NCBI GenBank assembly: GCA_044892525.1
Contig: CM097885.1
Location: 806,001-870,000, forward strand
Source: Schmidtea polychroa
Taxonomy: Eukaryota
Length of the DNA stretch: 64,000 nt
Reading direction: 5' to 3'
Shown in pieces: positions 27,912 through 43,990 of the stretch (position 1 is the first letter of the stretch; each line of letters opens with the position of its first letter). A model generated the notes under the pieces. The model did not search any database. It was not told where the DNA came from and worked only from the letters and a program-made list of their open reading frames with translations. A program made the position numbers and the translations under genes.

Positions 27912-30900
27912 GCAAATATTAGTCAAAAACATAAAATATTTTTACACACACACAACCCATTAACAGTTATTATTATCAATATTAGTGAAAACCTAAAATA
28001 ATTTTTACACACTAAGTTATGGGGTAGAGAATTATTATATGTTTGCAGTATTCTGTGTTTTCCTTTACAAGAAATTTTTGATAAGGAGCGAATAATTCAA
28101 TTTTACACATACATTCTATATACACATACATTGTTTAACATGGGTGTATATACTCCTAGTCTATCCGACAAGATATTCTGTCCCCCTATGGGTATTGCTA
28201 GCAAGGGTACTACTCACATTCAACATGTCGCAAGGGTATATTAATTAAGGTTAGTAAATAAAACTTATAACACATACTATTTTTAATAATATTTAAACGA
28301 TAAAAATCAAGACAAGAGAGGACAAGGCAAAGTTTATGCATTTAGTATTGCCAGGCCTAATGAGCAGTGACCAAATATCTGTGCCTGAAAGACACGGTGG
28401 ATATTTGTTCGCGTCCACAAAGGTCGTGGAGTCAGAAGAACCTGGGCATTATAGTTTTCTGTACGGAACATTACGCCTAGCATGGGTAGTCAACTACCAG
28501 CACATTCGAAACGTATAATTTCAAAATACATGCGTCATTGGCACTATAACCAAATTAATTAATGTTTTCACTAACACAAATATATATTTACAGAGGCCTC
28601 CCACTAGTTGGATTACAACCGCCCATCACGACGATCAGCTTCTAAATATATATTAATTAAGGGATAAAGAGGACCCACCCAACCCTATTATATTTAATTT
28701 ACAAATTTTTCTCGCTCTTCTGCTGGTAATCTATCTCAAAATTATTATCTCCATCGGGGCATTTGATATTGATTTCATGGAATACATCTCGCAAATTGGA
28801 CGTATTTCATAGTTTCTGATGCTGCGTCAACTTTCATTGCTAACATTTGTATTGCTTTAAAAGCAATTAATTTACATTATCTAACATTTTATCGTCACAG
28901 GCTTGATAAATTAGGCAACTGTTATTTGTGGTATACTTTATCAATATAATTTCTTATCAATTCCCACCATAAAACACAGATACCTAAATATAATATATAT
29001 ATATATATTTATGAATTAATTCATGTCTTACATTAATAATAATATTCTTCAGGAATGACGAGTACTTTACTTAATTGCTAAAACGTCGATTTTTTCCCAT
29101 TTTTCTTGACATTTGTTGAAAGAAAGTTTACATAATTTAAGTCTGATAAGTAAACATTCATGTTGAAGGACACCCACAATCAGCTAATTTATGTAAAAAA
29201 TCCAGAACATAACTCCTTTAGTGTTTCACTATTTTTTCTGGTTCATCTTCTTCATAATCATATAAATCATTTTCTTCATTACTAAGTAAAATAATTAAAA
29301 TATTGTAGTAAATTCTTTATTTACTTACTTTATGGATACTAAAACGAAAGAAATAAAGTTATATCAAAAGTATATTTAAATAATTTAAATTTAAATAATT
29401 TAAATTTAGTCATTTAAATATATTTAAACAATTTAGTTATTTAGGCATATTTAAACATTAATATTATTATATAGTATAATTTTATATAATTTTATATAAT
29501 ATTATAATTTTATATATTCTAAATTTAATAAATAAAATTAATTAATTATAATTAATTAATAATTTAATAATAAAAAATTTATAATGAAGATTCTTTGAAT
29601 TAAAAAATATTCTGTTAATATTTCCAGGCAGAAAAAACGAATTCAATAATTAAAATCTTAATTTTCAAGTTATATATTTAGGGTTGTGGCCAGAAGTTAA
29701 TCGCCATCTAATCATTTGTTTTCAATTTCGCTTATTTTTATTCAAAACATTCAGGTGAGTTGTTATCTGAAAAGTTTCTTTGAGCTCAGTTTTGTTAAAA
29801 CACTCACGGTATTTTTGAGGGACGTGACACTGGAAATAAATTAACAATGAGTGGTCATCCATATATGTTGTTGGTCTGAGCTATCGATTTATTTTAGAAA
29901 TAGGTATATTAAAAACATTTAAGGTATCATTCAGTAAAATAATATAGTATTTTTTAGTTAATTTATAAATAACAGTATTTTGATATATTAATAAAGACCA
30001 TATACTCCGAGTTTATCCGACAAAATATTCTGTCCCCCTATGGGTATTGCTAGCAAGGGTACTGGTCACATTCAACATGTCGCAAGAGTATGTTAATCAG
30101 TTAGAAATTCTTAGGTAATTTAGTGAGATGATCACAAATTCGTGAATATTTTAAATGTAACTTTACACTTATGTCAAGCGACTAATTTATTGGTTAACTT
30201 TGTAGTCATTTAAAGCAAAACTTAATTTATTCATCTAATGTTCGTTACAATAGTTATTAATATGAGAAAAATATGGTCATTATTCATTGATAATTTTAAA
30301 TTCTTTATCATTTGTAGTAAATTTGATTGAGGCAAAAATAATTAAAGGAGTCATAATAGAAATATGGTTAGAAATAGAAATAATTTTAGACCTTAATTTA
30401 CTTAATTGAAATTTTAGACCTTAATTTACTTAAGTTTAAAAATATATACCATAATTTACTGTAATTGAAAAATTTGGACCATAATTTACTGTAATTTAAT
30501 TTTTTAGAACCATAATTTACTGTAATTGAAAAATTCGAGCGACTAATTTATTGGTTAACTTTGCAGTCATTTAAAGCAAAACTTAATTTATTCATCTAAT
30601 GTTCGTTACAATAGTTAATAATATGAGAAAAATATGGTCATTATTCATTGATAATTTTAAATTCTTTATCATTTGGAGTAAATTTGTTTGAGGCAAAAAT
30701 AATTAAAGGAGTCATAATAGAAATATGGTTATCATTTAACCAATTAAGGGGCTTATTAGTTAGAAATATATATATTATAAAGTAACAATTATTTTCTAAT
30801 TTAATTAGATGATCATTAGACGTAATATATCTTTGCGAGAAATTTAAAATGTTTGAGTAACCAAAACATGGATATTTTGTGCGATAAATTTTTGAATATT

Positions 30901-31470
30901 GGTTAATTTTGTTATTTTTAGTCATTTAAAATAATATTTAGCAAAGGTAATTTAGCAAAATATCGTTGTAAGATTTATCCACCCGATAACAATATTCCTT
31001 CAATAGATTAACTGATATTCAACCTATTTAATTTCTGGAAATATAATTAAAATCATAAATTTCCTTCAATAAAGTTAAATCAAAAACGCAAGAGACGCTC
31101 AAGCAAATCAAGAATTAAAAAATAAACACATTGCAGAAACAGAATTTATATAAAGTCAAACCCTGACTCCTCAAACAGATTCAAGTCTAAATAAAATTCA
31201 ATCAAAAGCAATAACACTAGTAAGTAGGACTCCAACCCACTTTCAAGGTCATGAAATATGTCCAGATCAAATATAGGTCAATTGAATCATTTATTTTTAA
31301 ATTAACATTTTATTTATTTACTTCTTTTTAATTTTTTCTTTTTAATTATATTAATTAATTATTTTATTTTGTTTTATTTTAATTACTTACTTTAGTTAAT
31401 TTTTAATTTATTACATTAATTAATTTCTTAGTTTATTAATATTTTATTTTAATTACTTACGCCATTTAAA

Positions 31471-31579
<109 letters not shown>

Positions 31580-34500
31580 ATTATTATTATTATTAATATT
31601 ATTATTATTTATTTTATTTATTTTTTTATTTTTTCTTAAATTTTACATTTACATTATATTCTAAAAAGAGAGTTAATTATAACAATAATATTTCAATTTG
31701 TATAAAATTTTAATTAGTAATTATTCAATTTGAATAAAATATTTATTAGAAATTATTTAATTTATTATAAAATAAAACGCTGTGTTAATTTTAAATAAAC
31801 TGGATATTAATTTTTTGGAAAAAATAAAAAAATAAAATAGTCTAAAAGGTTAAATTATGGTCTAAAATTTAAAATTTTAAAATTGAAAATTGAAAATTAA
31901 AAACTAAACTAATCAAACTAAATCAAACGCTATAACCTTAATTCAAGAATTCACTAAAGTAGATCAGAAGATATTAATTATCAAAATGTAACAAAGACTC
32001 TGAAATTCATCAATTTCATCTAATGACCTGGTGATATTCAATACCATTCTCAAGAATGCTAAAGTCGGGAATTCTTTGAATTTAACAATTTCATCTAACT
32101 ATCCGGCGATATTCGATCCGATTCTATAAAGTATTTATCTTTGTAGTTGAATAAAAGTTTATTGTTGATTATAGTTTATCATTAATTATTTTTTTGTTAG
32201 GGGTGTTAAAGAAAATACTTGACTGATTCATTTTTCTCAGATAAAATTTGTTCTGTAATCGAGAAATTCAAGGATGAGAATAAAGGAAATCAATATAAAG
32301 AATGGGTGTTTCTTCGACCCAAGTGCTACTCACTCCAAGGCGATAAAACACTCTAAAAGCCAAAGGAATAAGACTTACAAACTCTAATCTTACACATGAA
32401 GCCTATAAAAAAGTGTATACTGATGGTGGAACAGTGAGCATCCCACAAAAAAGAATAGGAAGTGTCAATCATCAGTTGTATACTTTCATGACAGAAAAAC
32501 GAGCTCTCCAATGTTTGGACGATAAAAGGTATTGGTACAATTGTAATGAAAGCTATGCCTACGGTCACTATAAGATTCGTCAAATGCATATTGCAACTGC
32601 TATGTCTAGAAATGAATGCAAATCGAAACAAGGACTTTAACAATTAAATTTATGTGAATAATAAAATATATATTATGAATTATTTAACTTCGTTAATTAA
32701 AATATGTTTTATCATTTAATAATTCATTTGTCCAATTTATCTAGATAATTAGTTTTAAGTAAGAATTATTATTTATCATGAAAAACTTTGCTTTGTTTTG
32801 AAAAATTAATGCCCATTTTATTTTAAATTAACACAGCTTTATTTTATGATAATTACTAATTAAAATTTTATTCAAATTGAAATATTATTGTTACAATTTA
32901 CACTCTTGTTAGAATATATTAAATGTAAATGTAAAATAATAACAATAAAAAAAAAATAATAATAATAATAAATAAATAAAAATTAAATTAAAAAAAAATT
33001 AATTAAATAACGTAAGTAATTAAAATAAAATATTAATAAATAATTAATTAATAAAATGTAATAAATTGAAAATTAACTAAAGTAATTAATTAAAACAAAA
33101 AACATAATAAAATAATTAATTAATAAATTTAAAAAAAAAAATTAAATAGAAGTAATTAAATAAATTTAAAAAAAAATAATAGAAATGATTCTATTGACCT
33201 ATATTTGACCTGGACATTGGGATGACCTTGAAAGTGTCCTGGAGTCCTCACTATATACTACTAATTATAATCATAATTTTCTTTAATTTAACCCTTTATT
33301 TACTTAATTTAGCCCTTGTTTACCGAATATAGAAGTTTAAAATGTAGACCATTGATTACTTTAATTTAAAAATGTATCCCTTAATTTACATAATTTCCAT
33401 CTAAAATTATTTCAAAAAAATTTTTTTTCTAAAATTGTCATTGAAAAATATTTCATAAAAGTTTTCATTTAAAATTTTCATTGAAAAATATTTCATAAAA
33501 ATTTTTTTTAAAAATTATCTTAAAGATTATTCCATAAAAATTTCCATCTAAAATTACTTAAAAAATTATTTCATAAAAATTTTCATTAAAAAATTTCAAT
33601 TCTCAAACACCTTCTATTATTTTGTTAATAAATTTAAAATCTTACTTTAATTTGCTTATTACATTACTTATTTAAAAATTATTACTTTAATTTACTTATT
33701 TAAAATATTTGACCATTGATTACTTAATTTAAAAATTTGGACCTTAATTAACTTTAATTTAATTTTTTAGAACCTTAATTTACTTTAATTTTAAATTTTG
33801 ACCCTTAATTAACTTTAATTCAAAATTTGGACATTAATTGAAAATTTTAGACCATACTTTTCCATAAAATTGTCATTGAAAAAATTTTCATTTCTCAGGC
33901 GCCGTTTAGTAGGTGGTTAGGAGCCCGCTTCAAATGCAAGCCGTTTTTTTGCTGCAACATTTGATTGCGCAATTGTTGCAACTTGTTTTTTTTTCTATTG
34001 AAAATACTAGAAAAAAAATAATCGTAGCTTACTGTACAACAAAAAAATTGCGTAATCAAAATTTGCAGCAAAAAAAAAGTTGCCGCAGACCCCCTCCCCC
34101 CCCTAAAATTATCAATTAAGGTCTAAAATTTTCAATTAAGTAATTAAGGTCCAAATTTCTCAATTACAGTAAATTATGGTTCTAAAAAATTAAATTACAG
34201 TAAATTATGGTCCAAATTTTCAAAAACAGTAAATTATGGTATATATTTTTAAACTTAAGTAAATTAAGGTCTAAAATTTATTAACAAAATAATAGAAGGT
34301 GTTTGAGAATTGAAATTTTTTAATGAAAATTTTTATGAAATATTTTTCAATGACAATTTTAGAAAAAAAATTTTTATGAAATAATTTTAGATGGAAATTA
34401 TTTAAATTAAGGGATACATTTTTAAATTAAAGTAATCAATGATCTATATTTTAAACTTCTATATTCGGTAAACAAGGACTAAATTAAGTAAATAAAGGGT

Positions 34501-35627
34501 TAAATTAAAGAAAATTATGATTATAATTATAATTAGATTTAAAGAATAATTACCTTTTCATTTAACACTACAGTGTTAATTCTTACCATTTTAGAATAAT
34601 ATTTTTTATCAAAGTTCTTATCTTGATTTATTTAATTTTAATTGAAAGTAATGACGAAATAGAGCGTGTTGTCTTCAATTTTAATGAATTAATTTGAAAG
34701 ATTATTTAGATAAATATTTGTGTTTAAGGTATTCCTTAGTAATATTTTTTTTAGAGTTGATGGTTTTTGTGAATTTTTATCATTTTCATGAATTTCATGT
34801 GGATAGAATGAATATTTAAAAATTTTAAGTTAGTTCTAAGATAAATTTAATTAATTTCTTGATAATTGGATGCATTTTTATTGATTGGTTTTTTAATTTC
34901 AAATAAAAATTATTTTTAATGACAGTTAGGTTAATAATCACGTGATAGGATATGACTTTGTAATAATATTTTTTTTCATATATTTTCTAAGAATTTCATG
35001 TAGATTTATTTAAAAATTTAAAGTTTTAATGACGATTTTAATTGAATTTCTTGATAATTTGTTAAATTTTAAATAAAAATTAATTTTTTTTTAATGACTG
35101 TTAGGTGAATAATTAAGTAATTGGTTTAATTTTAGATGACTTTGTAATGCATTTGACTAAATAATTTTTTTCAATAATTTTCTAAGAATATTAACACATT
35201 GATGAACTTTTTTAAAAAAACATAAGCTAAGAAACCAGTTAACCTTATCAAGAACTTTAAATTTACTTGATAATTTACAGAAATAATATACAAAATTTAA
35301 TTTACAGAAATAATTTACAAAATAATAATACAGAAATTTATGATTAAGTTTGCTTTTATGAACAATCAATATATATCATCTCTAGTTAGGTATTTGATAG
35401 GTGAAATATTTGTAGTAAATAATAAGTTTATTATGTCTTTGTTACATAACTCGACTTTAGCGTCAAAATGTGTTTTTAAAATAAATTTTAATTTTAAAAT
35501 ACCGCAATGTAATATATTAATTTTTTCCTAACCTTCCTTGATTTTGATTGGTTAGAATTTGTTCAATAATAATCTATAAACAATAATCAATCATTAGTCA
35601 CATTTAACAAATAATTAACCTTTAAAA

Positions 35628-37289
35628 ATGAATTCTTTAATAGAAAACGTTATGAATGTTCGAGAAAAAATTCAGGAATTTGGTAAATTTTAATTTATTT
35701 ATTAATTAATTTATTAATTAATTTAGATAATATTAATGAAGACAATTTAAAATCGAAGATTAAAGGAAATTTGAAAAGAAAAAGTAAACATAATTTTTAA
35801 TTTATTAATTTAATTAATTAATAATTTAGGTAATACGAATAAAGAGAAAAAATATGTCAATGTGTCAATAAATCGAAATGAAAATTTACAATGTAAGTAT
35901 TGATTACTTTTTATAATTTAAAGGAAATTTAATATAATTTTTTATTTAAGTAAATGTTAATATTTTTAATTTAGTAAATTTTTATTTTTTAGTAAATAAA
36001 ATTTGTAAAATAATAATAATTTGCAAATTTTTGCGTAAACATTTATTAAAATCTTTCATTTAAATTATATATTTTTATTAAATTTTTATTTTATAGGTAT
36101 ACTTTATCCAAATTATTGTTCATCGAAAAAACATGATAATAATTGCCTTTCTATAATGGAGAATTATTACACGAAAAAATATTATAATAAAACTTATTTT
36201 ATATGTCCCGTATGTAAGACTAGTGACCCTGTAACATGTAGCGTTTTTTATAATAAACATAAAAATCATTTAGATAGGTTTAATTTTAAAAAAGATAGTT
36301 TTTTTAAAAGACCCTCAACTATAGAAAAAAATAATACAAATAAAAAAATTAAATTAGATACTTCTTCTTTTGAATCCCAGGTCGGATTAGAGGTTGAATT
36401 CAATGATGGATTGGTTGTTGAATCCCAGGTCGGATTGCCTTTTGTTGAATCCAATGATGGATTGGTTGTTGAATCCCAGGTCGGATTGCCTTTTGTTGAA
36501 TCCCAGGTCGGATTGGTTGTTGAATTCAATGAAGGATTATTCACTTCCTTTGATTCTTGGGATGGATTAAATATAATACAAATAGGTGGAAATGTATCGA
36601 CAATACAAAGAGATTTAAGAGGTACCCATCAAATATTAAGTTTAAATACTAGCGACTTAAATATAAAAGAAATAATATTTCCTGAACAACTAATAATAAA
36701 ATTACGAGATATTATTAACGAATTAGGATCCGTCAAAATTCAATTCGGAATAACAATTGAATTTGAAAAAGACGGGGAAATAAAGGATAATAATATCTCC
36801 AATTACGCAAAACCTTTAACTGCATCATTTTTTGATCAAGGCATCAAGGAACTAAATGAGAAAATAACTAATATTACAAAGTTAGGAAGCAATTGGATTA
36901 TAAAAAATATAACAGAAATCCACTTCACTATAACAAAAATAAGTAGGTTAAGTAGATTAAGTGGTAGGAGTTTCATTGAAACACCTACTTATCTAAAAAA
37001 TAAATATTGTTTAATTAATATAAAAAACACTGATGATTCATGTTTTTTATATAGCATTTCAGCTATTTTAAAATATGATGAAGTTAGTAGTTATGCTAGA
37101 AATAGGATATCGAGTTATAATTTATCCGACTTAGTATATAACCCGTTAGAATTACCTATGAAATTTAAAGACATTAGGAAATTTGAATCTAAAAATTCGG
37201 GTTTAATAATTAATGTTTTTTCATATGATAATAGCAAATAATTAACTGATAATTATGTATTAAAACATCCACATTTAGATATTATACAT
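35628..37289 (+). pseudogene. Duplicate of the spliced pPolB 5' half
   Basis: Offset +16995 from 18633-20294. Confidence 0.8.
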
Positions 37290-37314
37290 CCCAAAAACGC
37301 CATCGCTCTGATAG

Positions 37315-40300
37315 ACAACTTACCCGTAAAGGCAAAGAATTCAAAGTTTTGACTGCTTTAGCTAAAGAATCATTAACAAATTCATAAGAATCAATTCTTT
37401 TGCCTAATTGCGCAATCAAAGAAATAAATTTTTCAGTCGTTATTGGGATGCAACCTTAAGTCTAAATTTTTAATTTATTTAATCCGTATTTAAGTATATG
37501 ATGCATATCGTATCCCTTCAAGTTGTGAAATACGATAGGCAAAATTTTATTTATTTTCTTATTTTTGTTACATGTGCTACAAGCTGCACCCAAATATTTC
37601 CCCGTAAAATGATCGTGATCTCTAACAGGATCAACGATAGATTTCATACAAAGATAACAAACAGATGCACTAACAAATTGACGTTGTTCAATTTTCGTTA
37701 ATTTAATCATAGGTTTCCTACCCATTTTATAATAAAAAGGAAGAACCTTATTTAATACTATATCCTCTATAGCACTTAAAAAACTCTCGACGCAATCTAA
37801 ACCTATGAACTGTTGATAAGATTTAGATACGTCAAAGTTATTTACAAGTAAAAGACCAGCAGATATTGTCATGTGTCGTTGGAAATGAACATTATCAGAA
37901 GGTAAAATAGCCTCAAAATCGGCATCAACTACAAAAGGAGGAGTTACTGTTTTCGACCAGTCAGTAAACTGCAATAATTTATTTTGAGGGAAAGTGTAAA
38001 GAGTTGTTCCTAATTGATTACGTTTACATAATATTTCATGTTTTTCCAGTGCGTGTTTGTACCTAAACATATTCAAACACCGATGGCACCATAATGAAGG
38101 TATGCGTGTAGGACAACTAGTGTTGATACCACAATTCAGTAACCTTTTTAAATTACTTATAGCAACGTAATGGAAATTGTTTCCTTTATTTAAAAGTAGT
38201 AAATTAATTACAGTTCCATTTAAAACTTTGGAACGATGTATAATATCTAAATGTGGATGTTTTAATACATAATTATCAGTTAATTGTTTGCTATTATCAT
38301 ATGAAAAAACATTAATTATTAAACCCGAATTTTTAGATTCAAATTTCCTAATGTCTTTTAATTTCATAGGTAATTCTAACGGGTCGTATACTAAGTGAGA
38401 TAAATTATAACTCGATGTCCTATTTCTAGCATAACTACTAACTTCATCATATTTTAAAATAGCTAAAATGCTATATAAAAAACATGAATCATCAGTGTTT
38501 TTTATATTAATTAAACGATATTTATTTTTTAGATAAGTAGGTGTTTCAATGAAACTCCTACCACTTAATCTACTTAACCTACTTATTTTTGTTATGGTGA
38601 AATGTATTTCAGTAATATTTTTATATTCCAACTGCTTCCTAACTCAGTAATATTAGTAATTTTCTCATTTAATTCTTTAATGCCTTCATCAAAAAATGAT
38701 GCAGTTAAAGGCTTTGCATAATTTGAGATATTATTAACCTTTATTTCCCCGTCTTTTTCAAATTCGATTGTTATTCCGAATTGAATTTTGACGGAGCCTT
38801 ATTCGTTAATAATATCTCGTAATTTTATTATTAGTTGTTCAGGAAATATTACTTCTTTTATATTTAAGTCGCTGTATTTAAGCTTAATATTTGATGGGTA
38901 CCCCTTAAATCTCTTTGTGCTGTCGGTACATTTCCACCTATTTGTATTATATTTAATCCATCCCAAGAATCAAAGGAAGTGAATAATCCATCATTGGATT
39001 CAACAACCAATCCGACCTGGGATTCAACAAAAGGCAATCCGACCTGGGATTCAACAACCAATCCATCATTGGATTCAACAAAAGGCAATCCGACCTGGGA
39101 TTCAACAAAAGACAGTCCGTCCTGGAATTCAACCTCTAATCTGACCTGGGATTCAAAAGAAGAAGTATCTAATTTAATTTTTTTATTTGTATTATTTTTT
39201 TCTATAGTTGAGGGTCTTTTAAAAACACTATCTTTTTTAAAATTAAACCTATCTAAATGATTTTTATGTTTATTATAAAAACGCTATATGTTACAGGGTC
39301 ACTAGTCTTACATACGGGACATATAAAATAAGTTTTATTATAATATTTTTTCGTGTAATAATTCTCCATTATAGAATGGCAATTATTATCATGTTCTTTC
39401 GATGAACAATAATTTGGATAAAGTATACCTATAAAATAAAAATTTAAATAACGTCATCGATATCGATATCATATTCTCCAAAATCTTCTCCAACATCTTC
39501 AATAAATTCTTCCTTATCTTCTCCAACATTTTCATCAAATTCATCTCCAACAATTTCTCCAACATTTTCTCCAATAATTTCTCCAACATTTTCTCCAATA
39601 TTTAATTCACTTAATCTTACATGCCTATATGCAAGACTAGTATTTTTCCCCACCCAAACCCTTTTGTCATCTTTGTTAGTTAGTGCTATTTTATTATTTT
39701 TAATTGTAAAAATTTGATGATTTTTGTTTGTTAATTTTGTTTGAGGAATCGAAAAAATTTGATTAGTTTTATAACAATCCAGGTATGACTGATGTTTTAT
39801 GTCACTACCTTTCAATGTTACACCTTTAGCCTTTTTTGTTTCTTCATCACCCAACAAGCTATAACACTTGGCTCTAAGAAAAACCCATTCCTTATATTTA
39901 AGACCTTTATTCTCGTCTTTGAACTATCCAATGACAGAATCAAGGTTCTTACTATATAAGGAATAACAACTTTTGTAATCGAAGTATGTAAAAAAATTTT
40001 TTCGAATCATTGCAGGTAAAAGAACCTCAAGTTTACAGTTAATGACTTCGAGGAAAAAAGAGTCTGTATCACCTGCAACGATATTAATTTTATTAACAAA
40101 TTGATAAAAATCAATGAATCTTAAGCTTATTTTGCCTAAATGCGCAATCAAAGAAATAAATTTTTCAGTCGTGATTGGGATGCAACCTAAAGTCCAATTT
40201 TTAAATTTGTTTAAACCATATTTAAGAATATGGTGCATATCGTATCTCTTCAAGTTGTGAAATACGATAGGCAAAATTTTATTTATTTTCCTATTTATGT

Positions 40301-41030
40301 TGCATGGGCTACAAGCTGCACCCAAGTATTTCCCAGTAAAATGATCGTGATCTCTAACAGGATCGACGATACATTTCAAACAAAGGTAACAAACAGATGC
40401 ACTAACAAATTGACGTTGTTCAATTTTTGTTAATTTCATCATAGGTTTGCTACCCATTTTATAATAAAAAGGATGAACCTTATTTAATGCTATATCCTCT
40501 ATAGCACTTAAAAAACTCTCGACGCAATCTAAACCTATGAACTGTTGATAAGATTTAGATACGTCAAAGTTATTTACAAGTAAAAGACCAGCAGATATTG
40601 TCATGTGTCGTTGGAAATGAACATTATCAGAAGGTAAAATAGCCTCAAAATCGGCATCAACTACAAAAGGAGGAGTTACTGTTTTCGACCAGTCAGTAAA
40701 CTGCAATAATTTATTTTGAGGGAAAGTGTAAAGAGTTGTTCCTAATTGATTACGTTTACATAATATTTCATGTTTTTCCAGTGCGTGTTTGTACCTAAAC
40801 ATATTCAAACACCGATGGCACCATAATGAACGTATGCGTGTAGGACAACTAGTGTTGATACCACAATTCAGTAACCTATTTAAATTACTTATAGCAACGT
40901 AATGGAAATTGTTTCCTTTATTTAAAAGTAGTAAATTAATTACAGTTCCATTTAAAACTGTTTTCGACCAGTCAGTAAACTGTAATAATTTATTTTGAGG
41001 GAAGGTGTAAAGAGTTGTTCCTAACTGATT
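37315..41030 (-). pseudogene. Duplicated minus-strand pPolB fragments
   Basis: ORFs 37462-38631, 39444-39857 and 39924-40808 match those in copy 1. Confidence 0.9.
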
Positions 41031-41149
41031 TTTTATGTGTTTAGTTAATGTTTATATGTTTTATTATGTGTCAAGTTATTTTTATGTGTTTAGTTAATTT
41101 TTATGTGTTGTATAGTATTTGGTTGAAATAATAATATTATTATTAATCT

Positions 41150-41560
41150 ATAAAAAAAAATTTCATTAAAAAAATTTACTTAAAAAATTAATCCACTAAA
41201 ATTTTCGTTGAAAATTATCTTAAAAAATTTTTATTAAAGATTTTCATTAAAAAATTTCAATTCTTAATTACTGACTATTATTCCAACTTTTTGTTAATAA
41301 ATTTAAAAATCTTACTTTAATTTACTTATTACTTTAATTAAAAAATTTGAAACTTAATTTACTTATTTCAGCCCATTGATTACCAAATATATCTATTAAT
41401 TTACTTTAATTCAAAAATCTTAGCCCATAATTTACTATATTTCAATTTTTAGACCCTTAATTTACTGTAATTCAATTTTTGAACCATCATTTACTTTAAT
41501 TTTAAATTTAAGAACCATAATTTACTTTAGTTTAAAAATTTGAACCTTAATTAACTAATA
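41150..41560. repeat. Diverged copy of the fold-back arm / subterminal subrepeats
   Basis: AATTTACTTTAATT...(G)ACC units; similar to about 11870-12200. Confidence 0.6.
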
Positions 41561-42839
41561 AAAGTTAAATTATCATTTTCAATTAATATTTTACAAACAT
41601 AAAATTACAATATTTGAAATTCTAAATATCTCTATTAACATGTTTGCAATTAATTTTAAAAATACAAAAATTTTACAAAATTTTCAAATTGAATATTAAT
41701 TATTTTTTTAATTTGCATTTGATAATGTTTATTCTTAATAAGATTTTCCCATGAGAAAATTCATATTTGTTTAAATGCAAAACTTTAAATTTAATTCTAT
41801 AAAAAAAATTAATTTTCAAGACGTCTAAAAACTCTAGGACAAGAAGAAAATACAGTTTAGAAAGGTAGTGAGTTAATTTCCTAATGAATTACAGAAGGGT
41901 ATAGGACAAAGTTCCAGTTCTCTATTCTCAATTTATCATCAATCAGCAGCAACATTGACAAAGTTTATCTTAAACAAGCTGCAAATTTATATATAAAATT
42001 ACATAAAAATTGTTGATAAATTGTTAAAGTTTTAATAATATATTTCGAATAATAAAAATTTCCCTTGATAAAATTCTGAATATGAAATAAATATTAAAAA
42101 TTATATTAAAATTTAAAACTGTAAAAATTTTAAATTTTATTTATAAATTTCATTTTTAAATTGTTTTATTAATCAATTTATTAGAAAATAATCTTAATGA
42201 AGCATTTTAAGTATTATTTTAGTTTTAACTAATTTTTCTAAATTTTATTTAAATTTATTTTTGTAGTCGTTTATGATATGGAGGCCTTTAAGCAGTTAGT
42301 CTTAGTTAACGTAGCTCTCTTACAAATTACCTTTTACCTTGACTGCATTGATGGAGGTGCTACTTGTCATTAACCTACCTCATTCAGTTATCCATTTGTA
42401 TGCCGAATGTCCTTTACCGTCAAACTTCCTGTGGCTTCGTCATAATCGTTCTTATTGGTCTAACAATGTACCGCACTACGTCGATCCCTCTTATAAGGTT
42501 TCTGAATTTCAACATTTTTCTCTTATCATAACCCATTTTTGACTGCTTTGGTGACAACATCAGAGTGCCTTCTTTTATTTTTTACCTTTTTGCGATCTGA
42601 CCTTCACAGTGGATACATAAACATTTTCAGCAAAAGCCTCAGCGATATGTCCTTGTAATTTCATTTATTTCCATTTTCAGCGTAGATTAGACTAGTAATA
42701 TCTTGTAATTCTGAACACTTCTCATGCTTTCTTTCTTTATTTTCAATTTCTAGTTTATTATTTACATCCATCATTTTTATTTTTATTTTTATTCTGATAT
42801 TGCATTTATAATTTCTATGTAGGTAGTTTAATACCTAAA

Positions 42840-43990
42840 TCGGTATTCCATTACTAAAGGTTTAAGCGGTCCTCATACATGCATCCTACTTATCCCAGTT
42901 GGTGTATAAAATAAACTGCATTGATGAAGGTTCGAACCGTCATCGTTTTCTCTATTGCAGTCACTCATTTGTGTGGACCTTGTATTTCTTTGTCTTTTTT
43001 GCCAGATCCTCTATCTCAGTGGTAGATAGGCCAATAATCCTTAGTATTGTGCATATTTATCCCAATACCCTAAAGTATTTATTACAAGGACATGTAACGT
43101 GTGTTGTCGTTTATGGAGGTGTCCGATTTTCACTTGTTGTTCCACCGATTGTTCCACTTTACCAACTGTGCTTTAACAGCTTCGTACTCGGCCAGTGAGC
43201 TTATCCTTTCATCCCTGCACTCTTCAATTCGTCAATTCGCCTATCACGCTTCGCAAATAGAACCTCTGCTACATTCTTAAATTTAGTTCGCGCGTCACAG
43301 GCTATGCAATCCAACAGAATAGTGTTTTCGAGACAACCATCTACTTCTTTGAATCCTTTCTGTGCATTCGAACCCCAACGGCAACTACTTACTCTTGCCG
43401 CTAGTATCTTTTTAAGTGTCCCAGTTAAAACTGAGCACGCTCTTCCTCTATTTTTGAAGGCTTTCTTAAATCGTCATCCAAGCTAGTTCGCTGGTCATGT
43501 TTTCGGTTATTGGGAGTCATTTCCCAATATTTTTGATTTCAAGCTTTGGCTGGGTGCTTTGTTTTGCCTGTGTTTTAATAGAATGGGAATAGGTACCTTT
43601 TCTCGGAGAGATGCTTTTTCAGGAATGGTGTTGTTGAAGTGATGGACTCCTTCTCCTGGTAGTATTCCTCACTATATCTGCGTATGTTTTTGATGTAGCT
43701 TCTTTTGCATTCATTCTGTTTATTTCGTCTAAGTACCTAATGATATAGATAAATATTGGAACTGGGACATAATTTATTCATAATCTGAAGGCTTCAATGG
43801 TTATACGTCAGCTGCCTCCTGGCTTCTCTGATAAAGTTCTCTTTTTCTCTTTGGAATTGCCACCCATTTCTGCGCAGTGCTAGGAATCTTATATGGGAGT
43901 GATTCTCCTAAGCACTGGTAAACGGCGGGAGTTATATTGTAACGATTGTCATTGAATTCTCATTGAATTCTGAGGAGGCATTCCAAACAG
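42840..43990 (-). pseudogene. Decayed 5' region of a non-LTR element related to element 1
   Basis: About 43643-43816 is nearly identical to about 48819-48990, and about 43893-43932 matches about 48524-48565. The flanks are GC-richer with broken reading frames. Confidence 0.55.
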
